From Malacoraja senta (taxonomy: Eukaryota), in assembly GCA_038087875.1 (NCBI GenBank), contig CM075995.1:9054001-9118000 (forward strand): a stretch of 64,000 bases of DNA, written 5' to 3'. This document shows positions 11,624 to 24,313 of the stretch, piece by piece. Below the pieces are notes generated by a model. That model was given only the letters and a program-made list of their open reading frames with translations, was not told where the DNA came from and did no database searches. Made by a program: the position numbers and the translations under genes. Position 1 is the stretch's first letter; the number at the start of each line of letters is the position of its first letter.

Positions 11624-11749
11624 ATAAAGGGAATAACATGCAGAGGATGATGGTGGAAGATTTCTTCTCGGACTGGAGGCCTGTGACTAGTGGTGGGCCT
11701 CAGGATTCGGTGCTGGGCCCGTTACCGTTTGTCATCCACATCAATGATT

Positions 11750-12752
11750 AGTAAATAAGTAAGTAAGTAAGTAAGTTTATCGGCCAAGTATTCACATACA
11801 AGGAATTTGCCTTGGTGCTCCGCCCACAAGTAACAACATGACATACAGTGACAGTTACGAATGACTCAGAAAACACTAAACATTCATAATAATAAGACAT
11901 TAATGATAAAACACCATTGATCAAGCATGTGAACCAACAAAATACCAGATGAAAGGGAGGCTACAGATTTTGGGCTGTTGAGTAGAGCAACTACTCGTGG
12001 ATAAAAACTGTTTTTATGTCTGGCTGTGGCAGCTTTGACAGTCCGGAGTCACCTTCCAGAGGGAAATGATTCAAAGAGTTTGTGGCCAGGGTGAGAGGGG
12101 TCAGAGATGATCTTGCCCGCTCGCTTCCTGGCCCTTGCAGTGTACAGTTCATCAATGATGGGAAGGTTGCAGCCAAAAATCTTCTCTGCTGATCGGACGA
12201 TTCGCAGCAGCCTCCAGGTGTCGTGCTTGGTGGCTGAGCCAAACCAGACCATGATGGAGAAGGTGAGAACAGACTCTACGATGGCCGTGTAGAATTGGAC
12301 CATCATTGCCTGTGGCAGATTGTGCTGCCTCAGCTGCCGTAGGAAGTACAGCCTCTGTTGTGCCTTTTTGACTGTGGAGTCGATGGTAGCCCCCCACTTA
12401 AGGTCCTTGGAGATGATGGTTCCCAGGAACTTAAAAGACTCCACAGATGTGACTGTGGTGTTGTTGATGGTGAGTGGGGTGAGGGGAGTGGGAGCTCTCC
12501 TAAAGTCTACAATCAATTCCACTGTCTTAAGAGCATTGAGCTCTAGGTTGTTGCGATGGCACCAGGATGCCAGCTGTGACACTTCCTGTCTGTAGGCAGA
12601 TTCCTCCCCATCCTGGATCAGTCCAATCAGGGTTGTGTCGTCCGCAAACTTGAGAAGCTTGACAGAGGTGTCTGTGGAGGTGCAGCCGTTGGTGTAGAGA
12701 GAGTAGAGGAGAGGGGAGAGTACGCAGCCTTGCGGTGCTCCTATGCTGAGCG
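11750..12752 (-). mobile_element. Rex1/Babar LINE, RT C-terminal half, inserted into a CR1
   Basis: GAPQGCVLSPLLYSLYT..KFADDTTLIGLI..TVELIVDFRR; premature TGA at 12049; (TTAC)n tail. Confidence 0.93.
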
Positions 12753-13883
12753 TAGGATGAGAACATAAACGGCAAGATTAGCAAGTTTGCAGATGATACA
12801 AAAGTGAGTGGTTTTGCAGATAGTGAAGATGGTCGTGAAAAATTGCCGCAGGATCTGGATCGATTGACCAGGTGGGTGGAGGAATGGTTGATGGAATTTA
12901 ACACAGAGAAGTGTGAGGTGTTGCATTCTGCGAAGTCTAACATGGGCAGGACCTACACAGTGAATGGTCGGCCTCTGGGTAGTGTTGTAGAGCAGAGGGA
13001 TCGAGGAGTACAGGTGTATGGTTCCTTGAAGGAGGAGTCAGAGATAGATAGGGTGGTCAAAAAGGCTTTTGGCACATTGGCCTTCATCAGTCATAGTCAT
13101 AGAGTGATACAGTGTGGAAACAGGCCCTTCGGCCCAACTTGCCCACACCGGCCAACAATGTCCCAGCTACACTAGTCTCACCTGCCTGCGCTTGGTCCAC
13201 ATCCCTCCAAACCTGTCCTATCCATGTACCTGTCTAACTGTTTCTTAAACGCTGGGATAGTCCCAGCCTTAACTACCTCCTCTGGCAGCTCGTTCCATAC
13301 ACCCACCATCCTTTGTGTGAAAATGTTATCCCTCAGATTCCTATTAAATCTTTTCCCCTTTACCTTGAACCTATGTCCACTGGTCCTAGATTCCCCTACT
13401 CTGGGCAAGAGACTCTGTGCAGCTACCCGATTTATTCCTCTATTGATTTTGTACACCTCTATAAGATCCCCCCTCATCCTCCTGCACTCCATGGAATAGA
13501 GACCCAGCCTGCTCAACCTCTCACTGTGATCTTATAGAGGTGTATAAAATCTTGAGAGGAATAGATCTCGTTGGGTGTCTAGCCAAAAGTAGGTGCATCG
13601 AGGACCAGAGGACATACAATAGGTTTAAGGTGAAGGGGAAAAGATTTAATCGGAATCTGAGGGGTAACTTTTTCACACAAAGCGTGGTGGGTGTATGGAA
13701 CAAGCTGCCAGAGGAGGTAGTTGAGGCTGGGACTATCCCAACATTTAAGAAACACTTAGACAGGTAAATGGTTAGGACAGAATTGGAGGGATATGGACCA
13801 AACACAGGCAGGTGGGACATGTTGGTCAGTGTGGGCAAGTTGGGCCCAAGGGCCTGTTTCCACGCTGTATCACTCTGTGACTC
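12753..13883. mobile_element. CR1 (HER1-type) fragments, mixed orientation
   Basis: FADD/LQ.DLDRL and VWNELPEEVV motifs. Confidence 0.85.
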
Positions 13884-14341
13884 TGGAAATAACGTTTTAG
13901 TGCAAGATAAAGTCCAGTAAAGTCCGATCAAAGATAGTCCGAGGGTCTCTCTAGTGAAGTCCGAGGGTCTCCAGTGAAGAGACTTTTAGATAGTCACGTG
14001 CAGGGCAGAGGAGATTAGTTTGACCTGTCATCATGTTCGGCACGGACATTGTGGGCCGAAGGGCCTGTTGCTACGCTGTACCGTTCCCGGTTCCGTTTTA
14101 AGGCTTGCACTCTGTAAAACTTCAAATGTTTCTCTTTGAGAGACTTCCCAAGCTATTTATCTCACCTGCCGATGATTTATCTTCACATGTTTATCTTCAA
14201 GGTGAAAAAGAATATCTCAAGAATGATACCTGTCAAAAACAACATCTGATGCATTACAAGGCTGGGTGTTGATCACAGGTAGAAAAGATTTGCAGAACTG
14301 TATGTATCTTGATCCATTCCAAATACTGTTTTTGATGACAA

Positions 14342-14766
14342 TTCACTGGAGTTTAGAAGGATGAGGGGGGGGGGGGATCTTATAGAAACATATAAAATTA
14401 TAAAAGGACTGGACAAGCTAGATGCAGGAAAAATGTTCCACAATGTTGGGCGAGTCCAGAACCAGGGGCCACAGTCTTAGAATAAAGGGGAGGTCATTTA
14501 AGACTGAGGTGAGAAAAAACATTTTCACCCAGAGAGTTGTGAATTTGTGCAAATTCCCTGCCACAGAGGGCAGTGGAGGCCAAGTCACTGGATGGATTTA
14601 AAAGAGAGTTAGATAGAGCTCTAGGGGCTAGTGGAGTCAAGGGAGAAGGCAGGCATGGGTTATTGATTGGGGACGATCAGCCATGATCACAATGAATGGC
14701 GGTGCTGGCTCAAAGGGCCAAATGGCCTCCTCCTGCACTTATTTTCTATGTTTCTATGTTTCTATA
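14342..14766 (+). mobile_element. CR1 3' fragment
   Basis: CR1 C-terminus and (TTTCTATG)n tail. Confidence 0.88.
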
Positions 14767-14789
14767 AGTAGAGAGACCCTCTAGAGACC

Positions 14790-15880
14790 CTCAGACTACA
14801 CTTCTTCCTCCCATGGCTATCTGGACTACACTTCTTCCCACTCTTGTAAGGACTCTATCCCCCACTCCCAATTCCTCCGTCTACGCCGCATCTGCTCCCA
14901 GGATGAGGCGTTCCACACCGGGGCTTCCGAAATGTCCTCATTCTTCAGGGAACGGGGGTTCCCCTCCTCCACCATAGATGAGGCTTGCACCAGGATCTCT
15001 TCCATACCCCGCAACACTGCTCTCTCTCCCCATCCCCCCACTCGCAACAAGGGCAGAGTCCCCCTAGTCCTCACCTTTCACCCCACCAGCCGTCACATAC
15101 AACAAGTGATCCTCCGTCAGTTTCGCCACCTCCAACGTGACCCCACCACTCGCCACATCTTCCCATCTCCCCCATGTCTGCCTTCCGCAAAGACCGCTCC
15201 CTCCGTAACTCCCTTGTCAATTCTTCCCTTCCCTCCCGTACCACCCCCTCCCCGGGCACTTTCCCTTGCAACCGCAAGAGATGCAACACTTGTCCCTTCA
15301 CCTCCCCCCTCGACTCCATTCAAGGACCCAAGCAGTCGTTCCAGGTGCGACAGAGGTTCCCCTGCATCTCCTCCAACCTCATCTATTGCATCCGCTGCTC
15401 TAGATGTCAGCTGATCTACATCGGTGAGACCAAGCGGAGGCTTGGCGATCGTTTCGCCGAACACCTCCGCTCGGTCCGCAATAACCAACCTGACCTCCCG
15501 GTGGCTCAGCACTTCAACTCCCCCTCCCATTCCGTATCCGACCTCTCTGTCCTGGGTCTCCTCCATGGCCAGAGCGAGCAACACCGGAAATTGGAGGAAA
15601 TGTACCTCATATTCCGCTTGGGTCGTCTGCATCCTGGGGGCATGAACATTGAATTCTCCCAATTTTGCTAGCCCTTGCTGTCTCCTCCCCTTCCTCAGCC
15701 CTTGGGCTCCTAATCCGCCTTTTTCCTTTCTTCTCCACACCCCCCATCAGTCTGATGAAGGGTTTCGGCCCGAAACGTTGCCTATTTCCTTCGCTCCATA
15801 GATGCTGCTGCACCCGCTGAGTTTCTCCAGCATTTTTGTGTACCTTCGATTTTCCAGCAGCTGCAGTTCCTTCTTAAACA
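14790..15880 (+). mobile_element. Penelope-like element, 5'-truncated (RT thumb, GIY-YIG endonuclease, pLTR)
   Basis: SQFLRLRRICS, RVPLVLTFHP, NLIYCIRCSRCQLIYIGETKRRLGDRFAEHLRS, GMNIEF. Confidence 0.93.
15748..15783 (+). ncRNA. Minimal hammerhead ribozyme-like motif in Penelope pLTR
   Basis: CUGAUGA-A-GGG(uuucgg)CCC-GAAAC-GUU; helix I only ~2 bp. Confidence 0.6.
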
Positions 15881-16056
15881 CTTTGATCAGACTTTACTGG
15901 CTTTACCTTGCACTAAATGTTATTCACCTTATTCCCTTTATCATGTATCTGTACACTGTGGACGACTCGATTGTGATCATGTATTGTCTTTCCGCTGACT
16001 GGTTAGCACGCGACAAAAGCTTTTCACTGTACAATAAACTCAAACTCAAACTCTTA

Positions 16057-16213
16057 AGGGCCTGTCCCACTCAGCGATTTTTTTCGGCGACTGCCGGCGT
16101 CATATCAGCGTCGTCAAAAGATTTTGAACGTTTCAAAATCCCCCAAAAAGATGTTGCGACACTTGCAAAAAAAGTCAAACGTCAAAAGTCAAACGTCAAA
16201 AGTCAAACGTCAA
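16057..16213. mobile_element. Harbinger-type MITE left arm (right part at ~19533-19610), split by CR1
   Basis: tta|agggcctgtcccact TIR shared with other copies. Confidence 0.75.
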
Positions 16214-19200
16214 GTACAGGTTGCACTTTTGTGGAAGGTGTGACCTGTACAAAAAGGATGGGTTGCACTTGAACCTGAGGGGGACCGATATCCTGGCGGG
16301 GAGATCTGCAAAGGCTACTGGGGAGACTTTAAACTAGAATGGTTGGGGCGAGGGACTCAAATAGAGAATGCTATTAGACAGTGTGTGAGGCAGGAGGCAG
16401 AGAAGGAAAGCACTCAGACCCAACATGTAGGGGGGAAAGAAGAAAACAATAATAAACAGAGAATAAGAGGTGGTGGGGTTCTTAAATGGGTGAGCAGAGA
16501 AACAGAGGGGTGTAAAATGCGGACGGAAGCATTAGGTAGCAAGGTGAAAAGTAAAAGTGGCAGGCAGACAAATCTAGGACAAAAATCAAAAAGGGCCACT
16601 TTTCAACATACTTGTAAAAGGGGTAAGAGCGTTGTAAAAACAAGCCTGAAGGCTTTGTGTCTCAATGCAAGGAGCATTCGTAATAAGGTGGATGAGTTGA
16701 ACGTGCAGATAGCTATTAATGATTATGATATAGTTGGGATCACGGAGACATGGCTCCAGGGTGACCAAGGCTGGGAGCTGAACATCCAGGGATATTCAAT
16801 ATTCAGGAGGGATAGAGAGAAAGGAAAAGGAGGTGGGGTAGCGTTGCTGGTTAGAGAGGAGATTAACGTAGTGGAAAGGAAGGACATTAGCTTGGAGGAT
16901 GTGGAATCGGTATGGGTAGAGCTGCGAAACACTAAGGGGCAGAAAACGCTGGTGGGTGTTGTGTACAGGCCACCTAACAGTAGTAGTGAAGTTGGGGATG
17001 GCATCAAACAGGAAATTAGAAATGCGTGCAACAAAGGCAAAACAGTTATAATGGGTGACTTCAATATACATATAGATTGGGTGAATCAAATTGGCAGGGG
17101 TGCTGAGGAAGAGGATTTCTTGGAATGTATGCGGGATAGTTATCGAAACCAACATGTAGAGGAACCAACGAGAGAGCAGGCTATTCTAGACTGGGTAATG
17201 AGTAATGAGGAAGGGTTAGTTAGCAGTCTTGTTGTGCGTGCCCCCTTGGGCAAGAGTGACCATAATATGGTTGAGTTCTTCATTAGGATGGAGAGTGACA
17301 TTGTTAATTCAGAAACAACGGTTCTGAACTTAAAGAAAGGTAACTTTGAGGGTATGAGACGTGAATTGGCCAAGATTGACTGGCAATTAGTTCTAAAAGG
17401 GTTGACGGTGGATATGCAATGGAAGGCATTTAAAGACTGCATGGATGAACTACAAAAATTGTTCATCCCAGTTTGGCAAAAGAATTAATCAGGGAAGGTA
17501 GTGCATCCGTGGATAACAAGGGAATTCAGGGATAGTATCAAAGCAAAAGATGATGCGTACAAATTAGCCAGAAAAAGCAGCATACCAGAGGACTGGGAGA
17601 AATTCAGAGACCAGCAGAGGAGGACAAAGGGCTTAATTAGGAAAGGGAAAATAGATTATGAAAGAAAACTGGCAGGGAACATAAAAACTGACTGCAAAAG
17701 TTTTTATAGATATGTGAAGAGAAAGAGATTAGTTAAAACAAATGTAGGTCCCTTGCAGTCAGAAACAGGTGAATTGATCATGGGGAACAAGGATATGGTG
17801 GACCAATTGAATAACTACTTTGGTTCCGTCTTCAATAAGGAAGACATAAAAAATCTGCCGGAAATAGCAGGGGACCGCGGGTCAAAGGAGATGGAGGAAC
17901 TGAGTGAAATCCAGGTTAGTCGGGAAGTGGTGTTGGGTAAATTGAATGGATTAAAGGCCGATAAATCACCAGGGCCAGATAGGCTGCATCCCAGAGTACT
18001 TAAGGAAGTAGCTCCAGAAATAGTGGATGCATTAGTGATAATTTTTCAAAACTCTTTAGATTCTGGAGTTGTTCCTGAGGATTGGAGGGTAGCAAACGTA
18101 ACCACTTTTTAAGAAGGGAGGGAGAGAGAAAATGGGGAATTACAGACCAGTTAGTCTAACATCGGTAGTGGGGAAACTGCTAGAGTCAGTTATTAAACAT
18201 GGGATAGCAGCACATTTGGAAAGTGGTGAAATCATTGGACAAAGTCAGCATGGATTTACGAAAGGTAAATCATGTCTGACGAATCTTATAGAATTTTTCG
18301 AGGATGTAACTAGTAGAGTGGATAGGGGAGAACCAGTGGATGTGTTGTATCTGGACTTTCAGAAGGCTTTCGACAAGGTCCCACATAAGAGATTAAAATA
18401 CAAACTTAAAGCACACGGTATTGGGGGTTCAGTATTGATGTGGATAGAGAACTGGCTGGCAAACAGGAAGCATAGAGTAGGCGTAAACGGGTCCTTTTCA
18501 CAATGGCAGGCAGTGACTAGTGGGGTACCTACCGCAAGGCTCAGTGCTGGGACCCCAGCTATTTACAATTTATATTAATGAACTGGATGAGGGAATTGAA
18601 GGCAACATCTCCAAGTTTGCGGATGACACTAAGCTGGGGGAGGATGCTAGGGGACTGCAAGGTGACTTGGATAGGCTGGGTGAGTGGGCAAATGTTTGGC
18701 AGATGCAGTATAATATGGATAAATGTGAGGTTATCCACTTTGGTGACAAAAACAGGAAAGCAGACCATTATCTAAATGGTGGCCGATTAGGAAATGGGGA
18801 GATGCAGCGAGACCTGGGTGTCATGGTATACCAGTCATTGAAAGTAGGCATACAGGTACAGCAGGCAGTGAAGAAAGCGAATGGTATGTTAGCTTTCATA
18901 GCAAAAGGATTTGAGTATAGGAGCAGGGAGGTTCTACTGCAGTTGCACAGGGTCTTGGTGAGACCACACCTGGAGTATTGCGTACAGTTTTGGTCTCCAA
19001 ATCTGAGGAAGGACATTATAGCCATAGAGGGAGTGCAGAGAAGGTTCACCAGACTGATTCCTGGGATGTCAGGACTTTCATATGAAGAAAGACTGGATAG
19101 ACTCGGCTTATACTCACTAGAATTTAAGAGATTGAGAGGGGATCTTATAGAAACTTACAAATTCTTATGGGGTTGGACAGGCTAGATGCAGGAAGATTGT

Positions 19201-19532
19201 TCCCGATGTTGGGGAAGTCCAGGACAAGGGTCACAGCTTAAGGATAAGGGGGAATCCTTTAAGACCGAGATGAGGAAAAACCTTTTCACACAGAGAGTGG
19301 TGAATCTCTGGAACTCTCTGCCACAGAGGGTAGTTGAGGCCAGTTCATTGGCTATATTTAAGAGGGAGTTAGATGTGGCCCTTGTGGCTAAAGGGGTCAG
19401 GGGGTATGGAGAGAAGGCAGGTACGGGATACTGAGTTGGATGATCAGCCATGATCATATTGAATGGCGGTGCAGGCTCGAAGGGCCGAATGGCCTACTCC
19501 TGCACCTATTTTCTATGTATCTATGTATCTAT
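16214..19532 (+). mobile_element. Long CR1 LINE: ORF1 esterase C-terminus plus whole ORF2 (APE endonuclease + RT), disabled
   Basis: DGLHLN..ETLN* ends 16337; NARSIRNK, GITETWL, MGDFN, SDH, FADD; stop at 17488, frameshifts near 18105, 18530, 19160. Confidence 0.96.
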
Positions 19533-20192
19533 GTCATCACGCCGCGAATTTTTCGGTGACTCGATACGACAGTCAATGATGCCGGCAATCGCCGAAAAAA
19601 ATCGTCAAGGCCGTGTAAACACCTCTATTGTATCTGCCTCCACCACCACCTCTGGCAACGCATTCCAGGCACCCACCAACCTCTGCATTAAAAAAAACTT
19701 GCCCCGCACATCTCCTTTAAATGTTGTCGCTATCTCCTACCACATCTCAAAGACGTGGTAGGAGATAGGGTTAAATTGACCCAAGTTTGCAGGGAATGGA
19801 TGAAAATAGAATAAATTAGAACTAGTGTGAACTTGTGATGAATGCTCAGCATGGTGGGTTGAAGAGCCTCTTTCCATGCTGTTTCTCTAAGTTTCTTCTA
19901 CACTAGCCCCACACATCTGCTTCAAACGTTACCCCTCTCACCCTACAGCTATGCCCTCTTAATATTTAATATTTCTATCCTGAGGAAAAAAGGTTCTGAC
20001 TGTCTACAACGTGTCGATGAATATGGAAAATGAGGCCTCGTGAACCTTGCTAACTGAGAACAACTTAGTTTAGTTTATTATCGTCAAGTGTACTGAGGTC
20101 CATGAAAAGCTTTTGTCTGTGTGCCATCCATTCAGAGAAAAGACTACGCATGAATATAATCTAGCCATCGACTGCACAGATAAAGGATAAAA

Positions 20193-20620
20193 GAGGCAGG
20201 AAACATGTTCCCGATGTTGCGGGAGTCCAGAACCAGGGGCCACAGTTTAAGAATAACGGGTAAGCCATTTAGAACGGAGACGACGAAACACTTTTTCTCA
20301 CAGAGAGTGGTGAGTCTGTGGTGACAAACTAGTCGCCTGTAGTTGCCTAAAAAATTGCCTAAGTGGGACAGGGCATTTAGGATAGCACGGTAGGCGCGGA
20401 CTCGGTATTCTCCGCCTCAGAAGGCAGTGGAGGCCGGTTCTCTGGATGCTTTCAAGAGAGAGTTAGATAGAGCTCTTAAAGATAGCGGAGTCAAGGGATA
20501 TGGGGAGAAGGCAGGAATGGGGTACTGATTGTGGGTGATCAGCCATGATCACAGTGAATGGCGGTGCTGGCTCGAAGGGCCGAATGGCCTACTCCTAGAC
20601 CTATTGTCTATTGTCTATTG
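20193..20620 (+). mobile_element. CR1 3' fragment interrupted by Harbinger MITE and HE1 remnants
   Basis: CR1 motifs; aagtgggacagggc TIR remnant near 20360-20375. Confidence 0.8.
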
Positions 20621-20930
20621 ACTCGGTGGGCCGAGGGGCCTGTTTCTGCTCCTTTATCTCTGAACTGAAAACTGAACAAAATTTAGTGCAAGATATAACA
20701 TTGACATTAAAGTCCGATAATGTCTGATTAAAGTTAGTTGAAAGGTCTCAATCTTTGGTCTCAATGATGCAGATGAGAGCAAAGAGTTAAATGCAGATTT
20801 CAAAGAGTATCAGCTCATGTTTGTCAAAAGGATTTCAGTTTTGTAGAACTACTTCCTATCTCTCGAAGCTATCTCTCGAGGATAAATCACAAAACATAGA
20901 TTGTTTGACTTTGTGTTATCTTTACCTCAG

Positions 20931-21001
20931 CCGTGTTGAAAGAAGGCAGCTAATCGCTCAATCTACTCTCACAGCAGATTCCCTATATTTTCAATACATT
21001 G
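20931..21001 (+). CDS. Candidate host exon (71 nt)
   Basis: ttgac..ctttacctcag acceptor, gtaatg donor; only open frame RVERRQLIAQSTLTADSLYFQYI. Confidence 0.3.
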
Positions 21002-21574
21002 GTAATGGGATCTAATTTCAAATGCCCGCTCTGCCTCATTCATAACACCACCCCGATGTCCTTCAAAACATGTGAAGCCGCTGAGATCAGGCACTGCTTT
21101 GAAGACAGACACAAAACGCTGGAGTAACTCAGTGGGACAGGCAGCATCTCTGGAGAGAAGGAATGGGTGACGTTTCGGGTCGAGACCCTTCTGTGGACTC
21201 GGGGGACTCGACCTGAAACTCGTATCTGCGGTTCCTTCCTACATACAGTATGGTGATTTTTGAGGGGTGACCTTAACGAGGCTTGTAAAATCGTGAGGTC
21301 TAGAGGGATGTGGGCCAAACGCGGGCAGGTGGGACCCGTGTAGATGGGGCATGTTGGTCAGCATGGGCAAGTCCAGCGAAGGGCCCTGTTTCCACACTGT
21401 GTGACTCCATGACTTTATACCTTGGAGTGCAGGAGACTGAGGGGTGATCTTATAGAGGAGATTCTTAAGTAATTCTCCGCCTTAAAAATACCCATTGACT
21501 TGGCCTCCACAACCGTCTGTGTCAATGAATTCCACAGATTCACCACCATCTGGCTAAAGAAATTCCTTCTCAGT

Positions 21575-21780
21575 TTTGTTCAAGAAGGAACTGCAGATGC
21601 TGGAAAAATCGAAGGTAGACAAAAGTGCTGGAGAAACTCAGCGGGCGAGGCAGCTTCTATGGAGCAAAGGAAATTGGCAACGTTTTGGGCCAAAACCCTT
21701 CTTCAGACTGATGTAGGGTGGGGGGCACCCTACATCAGCCCCCACCCTACATCAGTCTGAAGAAGGGTTTCGGCCAGAAA
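21575..21780. mobile_element. Penelope pLTR with inverted partial copy
   Basis: cccttcttcagactgatgtagggtggggg ... cccccaccctacatcagtctgaagaaggg. Confidence 0.8.
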
Positions 21781-21914
21781 TTCCTTTTCATCTCCTTGCT
21801 AAAGATACGTCTAGGACCAGAGGGCATAGCCTCAGAATAAAAGGACGTGGCTTTAGGAAGGAGATGAGGAGGAATTTCTTTAGCCAGAGGGTGATGAATC
21901 TGTGGAATTTATTC

Positions 21915-22405
21915 CTTGTAGCGTTGGTTCGGTAACTTGAATGTCCAGGAGCGGAAAAGAATGCAGAAAGTTGTGACCACTGCCCAGTCCATCATCGGCT
22001 CTGACCTCCCCACCGTCGAGGGGATCTATCGTGGTCGCTGCCTCAAAAAGGCTGCCAGCATCATCAAAGACCCACACCATCCTGGCCACACACTCATCTC
22101 TCCGTTGCCATCAGGTAGAAGGTACAGGAGCCTGAAATCTGCAACATCCAGGTTCAGTAACAGCTTCTTCCCCACATCCATCAGACTGTTAAACTCGCCA
22201 TCAAACAAACTCTGAACAATAACAGCCTATTGCACTTTATCCGTTTATTTATTGTGTATATACATGGTCTATGGTCTATAGACACACTGAACTTTTTATC
22301 TCCTGTTCTGTATTATGCTTACATATTCTGTTGTGCTGCAGCAAGCAAGAATTTCATTGTCCTATCTGGGACACATGACAATAAAACTCTCTTGAGTCTT
22401 GTCTC
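21915..22405 (+). mobile_element. Rex1/Babar 3' fragment
   Basis: ORF 21937-22215 (DPHHPGH..LPSGRRYRSL..SFFP). Confidence 0.88.
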
Positions 22406-22604
22406 TTGGAGGATGAGGGGTTGATCTTATAGAGGTGTATAAAATCATGAGGGGAATAGATCAGGTGAATGGAGTCTTTTACCTGGAGTAGGGGAATCAT
22501 GGTCAAGAGGACATCGGATTAAGGTGAGGGGGAGATTTAATGAGGGGCATTTTTTTTTGCACAGATGGTGGCAAGTGTATGGAACAAGCTGCCAGTGGAG
22601 TTAG

Positions 22605-23005
22605 TTCAAGTCAAGTCAACTTTATTTGTCACCTACACATTCAAGATGTGCAGTGAAATGAAAGTGGCAATGCCAGTGGCAAAAACTACAGAACAGAATA
22701 GAACAGAACCAGTATTAACATTTTAGAAAAATAAAAAGACACAACACAACAGTAAATTAGTCCCTGGTGAGATAAGAGTTTACAGCCCTGATGGTCTGTG
22801 GGAAGAAACTCCGTCTCATCCTCTCTGTTTTCACAGCGTGACAGCGGAGGCGTTTGCCTGACCGTAGCAGCTGGAACAGTCCGTTGCTGGGGTGGTAGGG
22901 GTCCCCCATAATGTTGCTGGCTCTGGATCTGCACCTCCTGGTGTATAGGTCCTGCAGGGGGGGGGGGGGTGGGGGTGAGTGTAGTTCCCATAGTGCGTTC
23001 GGCCG
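22605..23005 (-). mobile_element. Rex1/Babar 3' fragment
   Basis: DLYTRRC..DPYHP..LRSGKRLR..SFFPQ; (CTTGA)n tail. Confidence 0.85.
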
Positions 23006-23120
23006 AACCGTTGAGGCAGGGACTACAACCAGCAGTAAACCAGCATCTGCAGTTCCCTTCCTACACATTCAGGCACCGCTTTCTCTGGTGCTCAGTAACT
23101 TTTTTTTTTCATCCTCCAAG

Positions 23121-23157
23121 TGCTTATTGCCACTTGGAGACGATCAAAAAAAGACAG
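23121..23157 (+). CDS. Candidate host exon (37 nt)
   Basis: Long T tract..ctccaag acceptor, strong CAG|gtaagc donor; all three frames open. Confidence 0.35.
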
Positions 23158-23419
23158 GTAAGCGGGCTGGAATCCGCAGCGACGCAGCTGGTAGATGGAT
23201 TATCAACAACAGCCCACAATATCCTGGCTATAAGATCGCTATCAGGGTGAGTGAGCCACAGAAGCACTCACGGGTAGGACCTGCATCTTCATGCTTATTT
23301 AGTAGATGTATATATACACTACATTTTTTTTTTGGCTGCTGTTTCTCAGGGACAGATAAGGATTCTCAGAAGATTTGTGTCCTCTTCAAAAAAAAAAATA
23401 CAAAGACATCTCAAAAGTT

Positions 23420-23607
23420 CAGTTTAAGAAAGAACTGCAGATGCTGGAAAAATCGACGGGAGACAAAAATGCTGGAGAAAACCCAGCGGGTGAGGCAGCA
23501 CCTATGGAGCGAAGGAAATAGGCAACGTTCGGGTCGAGACCCTTCTTCGCCTATTCCTTCGCTCGCCTCGCCCGCTGAGTTTCTCCAGCATCTTTGTGTA
23601 CCTTCAA
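23420..23607. mobile_element. Penelope pLTR (minus) with inverted downstream piece
   Basis: gcagatgctggaaaaatc..gagacccttcttc then gcctattccttcgct..ctgagtttctccagc. Confidence 0.8.
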
Positions 23608-24313
23608 AGTTCACTTTAGCCAATTGTCACGTGTACCGAGGTACAGTGAAAAGCTTTTGATGCGTGCTATCCGGTCAGCAGAAAGTCAATACATGATTAC
23701 AATCGACCCATTTACAGGTGTACAGATACATGATTAAGGGAATAACGTTTAGTGCAAGGTAACGCCAGCAACATCCGATCATAGATAGACCGAGGGTCAG
23801 AGATAGATAGTAGTTCAGCACTGCTCTCTGATTGTGACAGGATGGTTCAGTTGCAATAATTGATAACAGCTGGGAAGAAACTGTCCTTGAATCTGGAGGT
23901 GTGCGTTTTCACACTTCTATACCTCTTGCCTGATGGGAGAGGGGAGAAGAGGAAGTGGCCTGGGTTCGACCCAAAGTTCATTGGATCACATTGAGGGCGG
24001 CAGTCCCTGTGAACCCTGTGGGTTTTCTCCGGGTGCTCCGGTTCCCTCCCACATCCCAAAGACGTGCTGGTTTGTAGGTTAGTTGGATTTTGTAAAATAT
24101 AATTGTGTGTAAGATAGAACTTACTGTACTGGGTGATTGCTGGTCGGCGTGGACTCGGTGGGCTGAAGGGCATGTTTCCACACTAAACTAAACTAAACTA
24201 AACTAAAGAAAGACACAAAAAGCTGGAGTAACTCAGCGGGTCGGACAGCATCTCTGGAGAAAATGAATTGGTGGCATCTTCCAGACCTGAGACCCTTCAA
24301 GACCTGAAACGTC

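Noticed and set aside
14166..14229. Minus-strand exon with in-frame TGA (YHS*DILFHLEDKHVKINHRQ) as a selenoprotein
   Set aside because: Good-looking splice sites but no recognisable selenoprotein homology, no SECIS seen, and all frames contain stops
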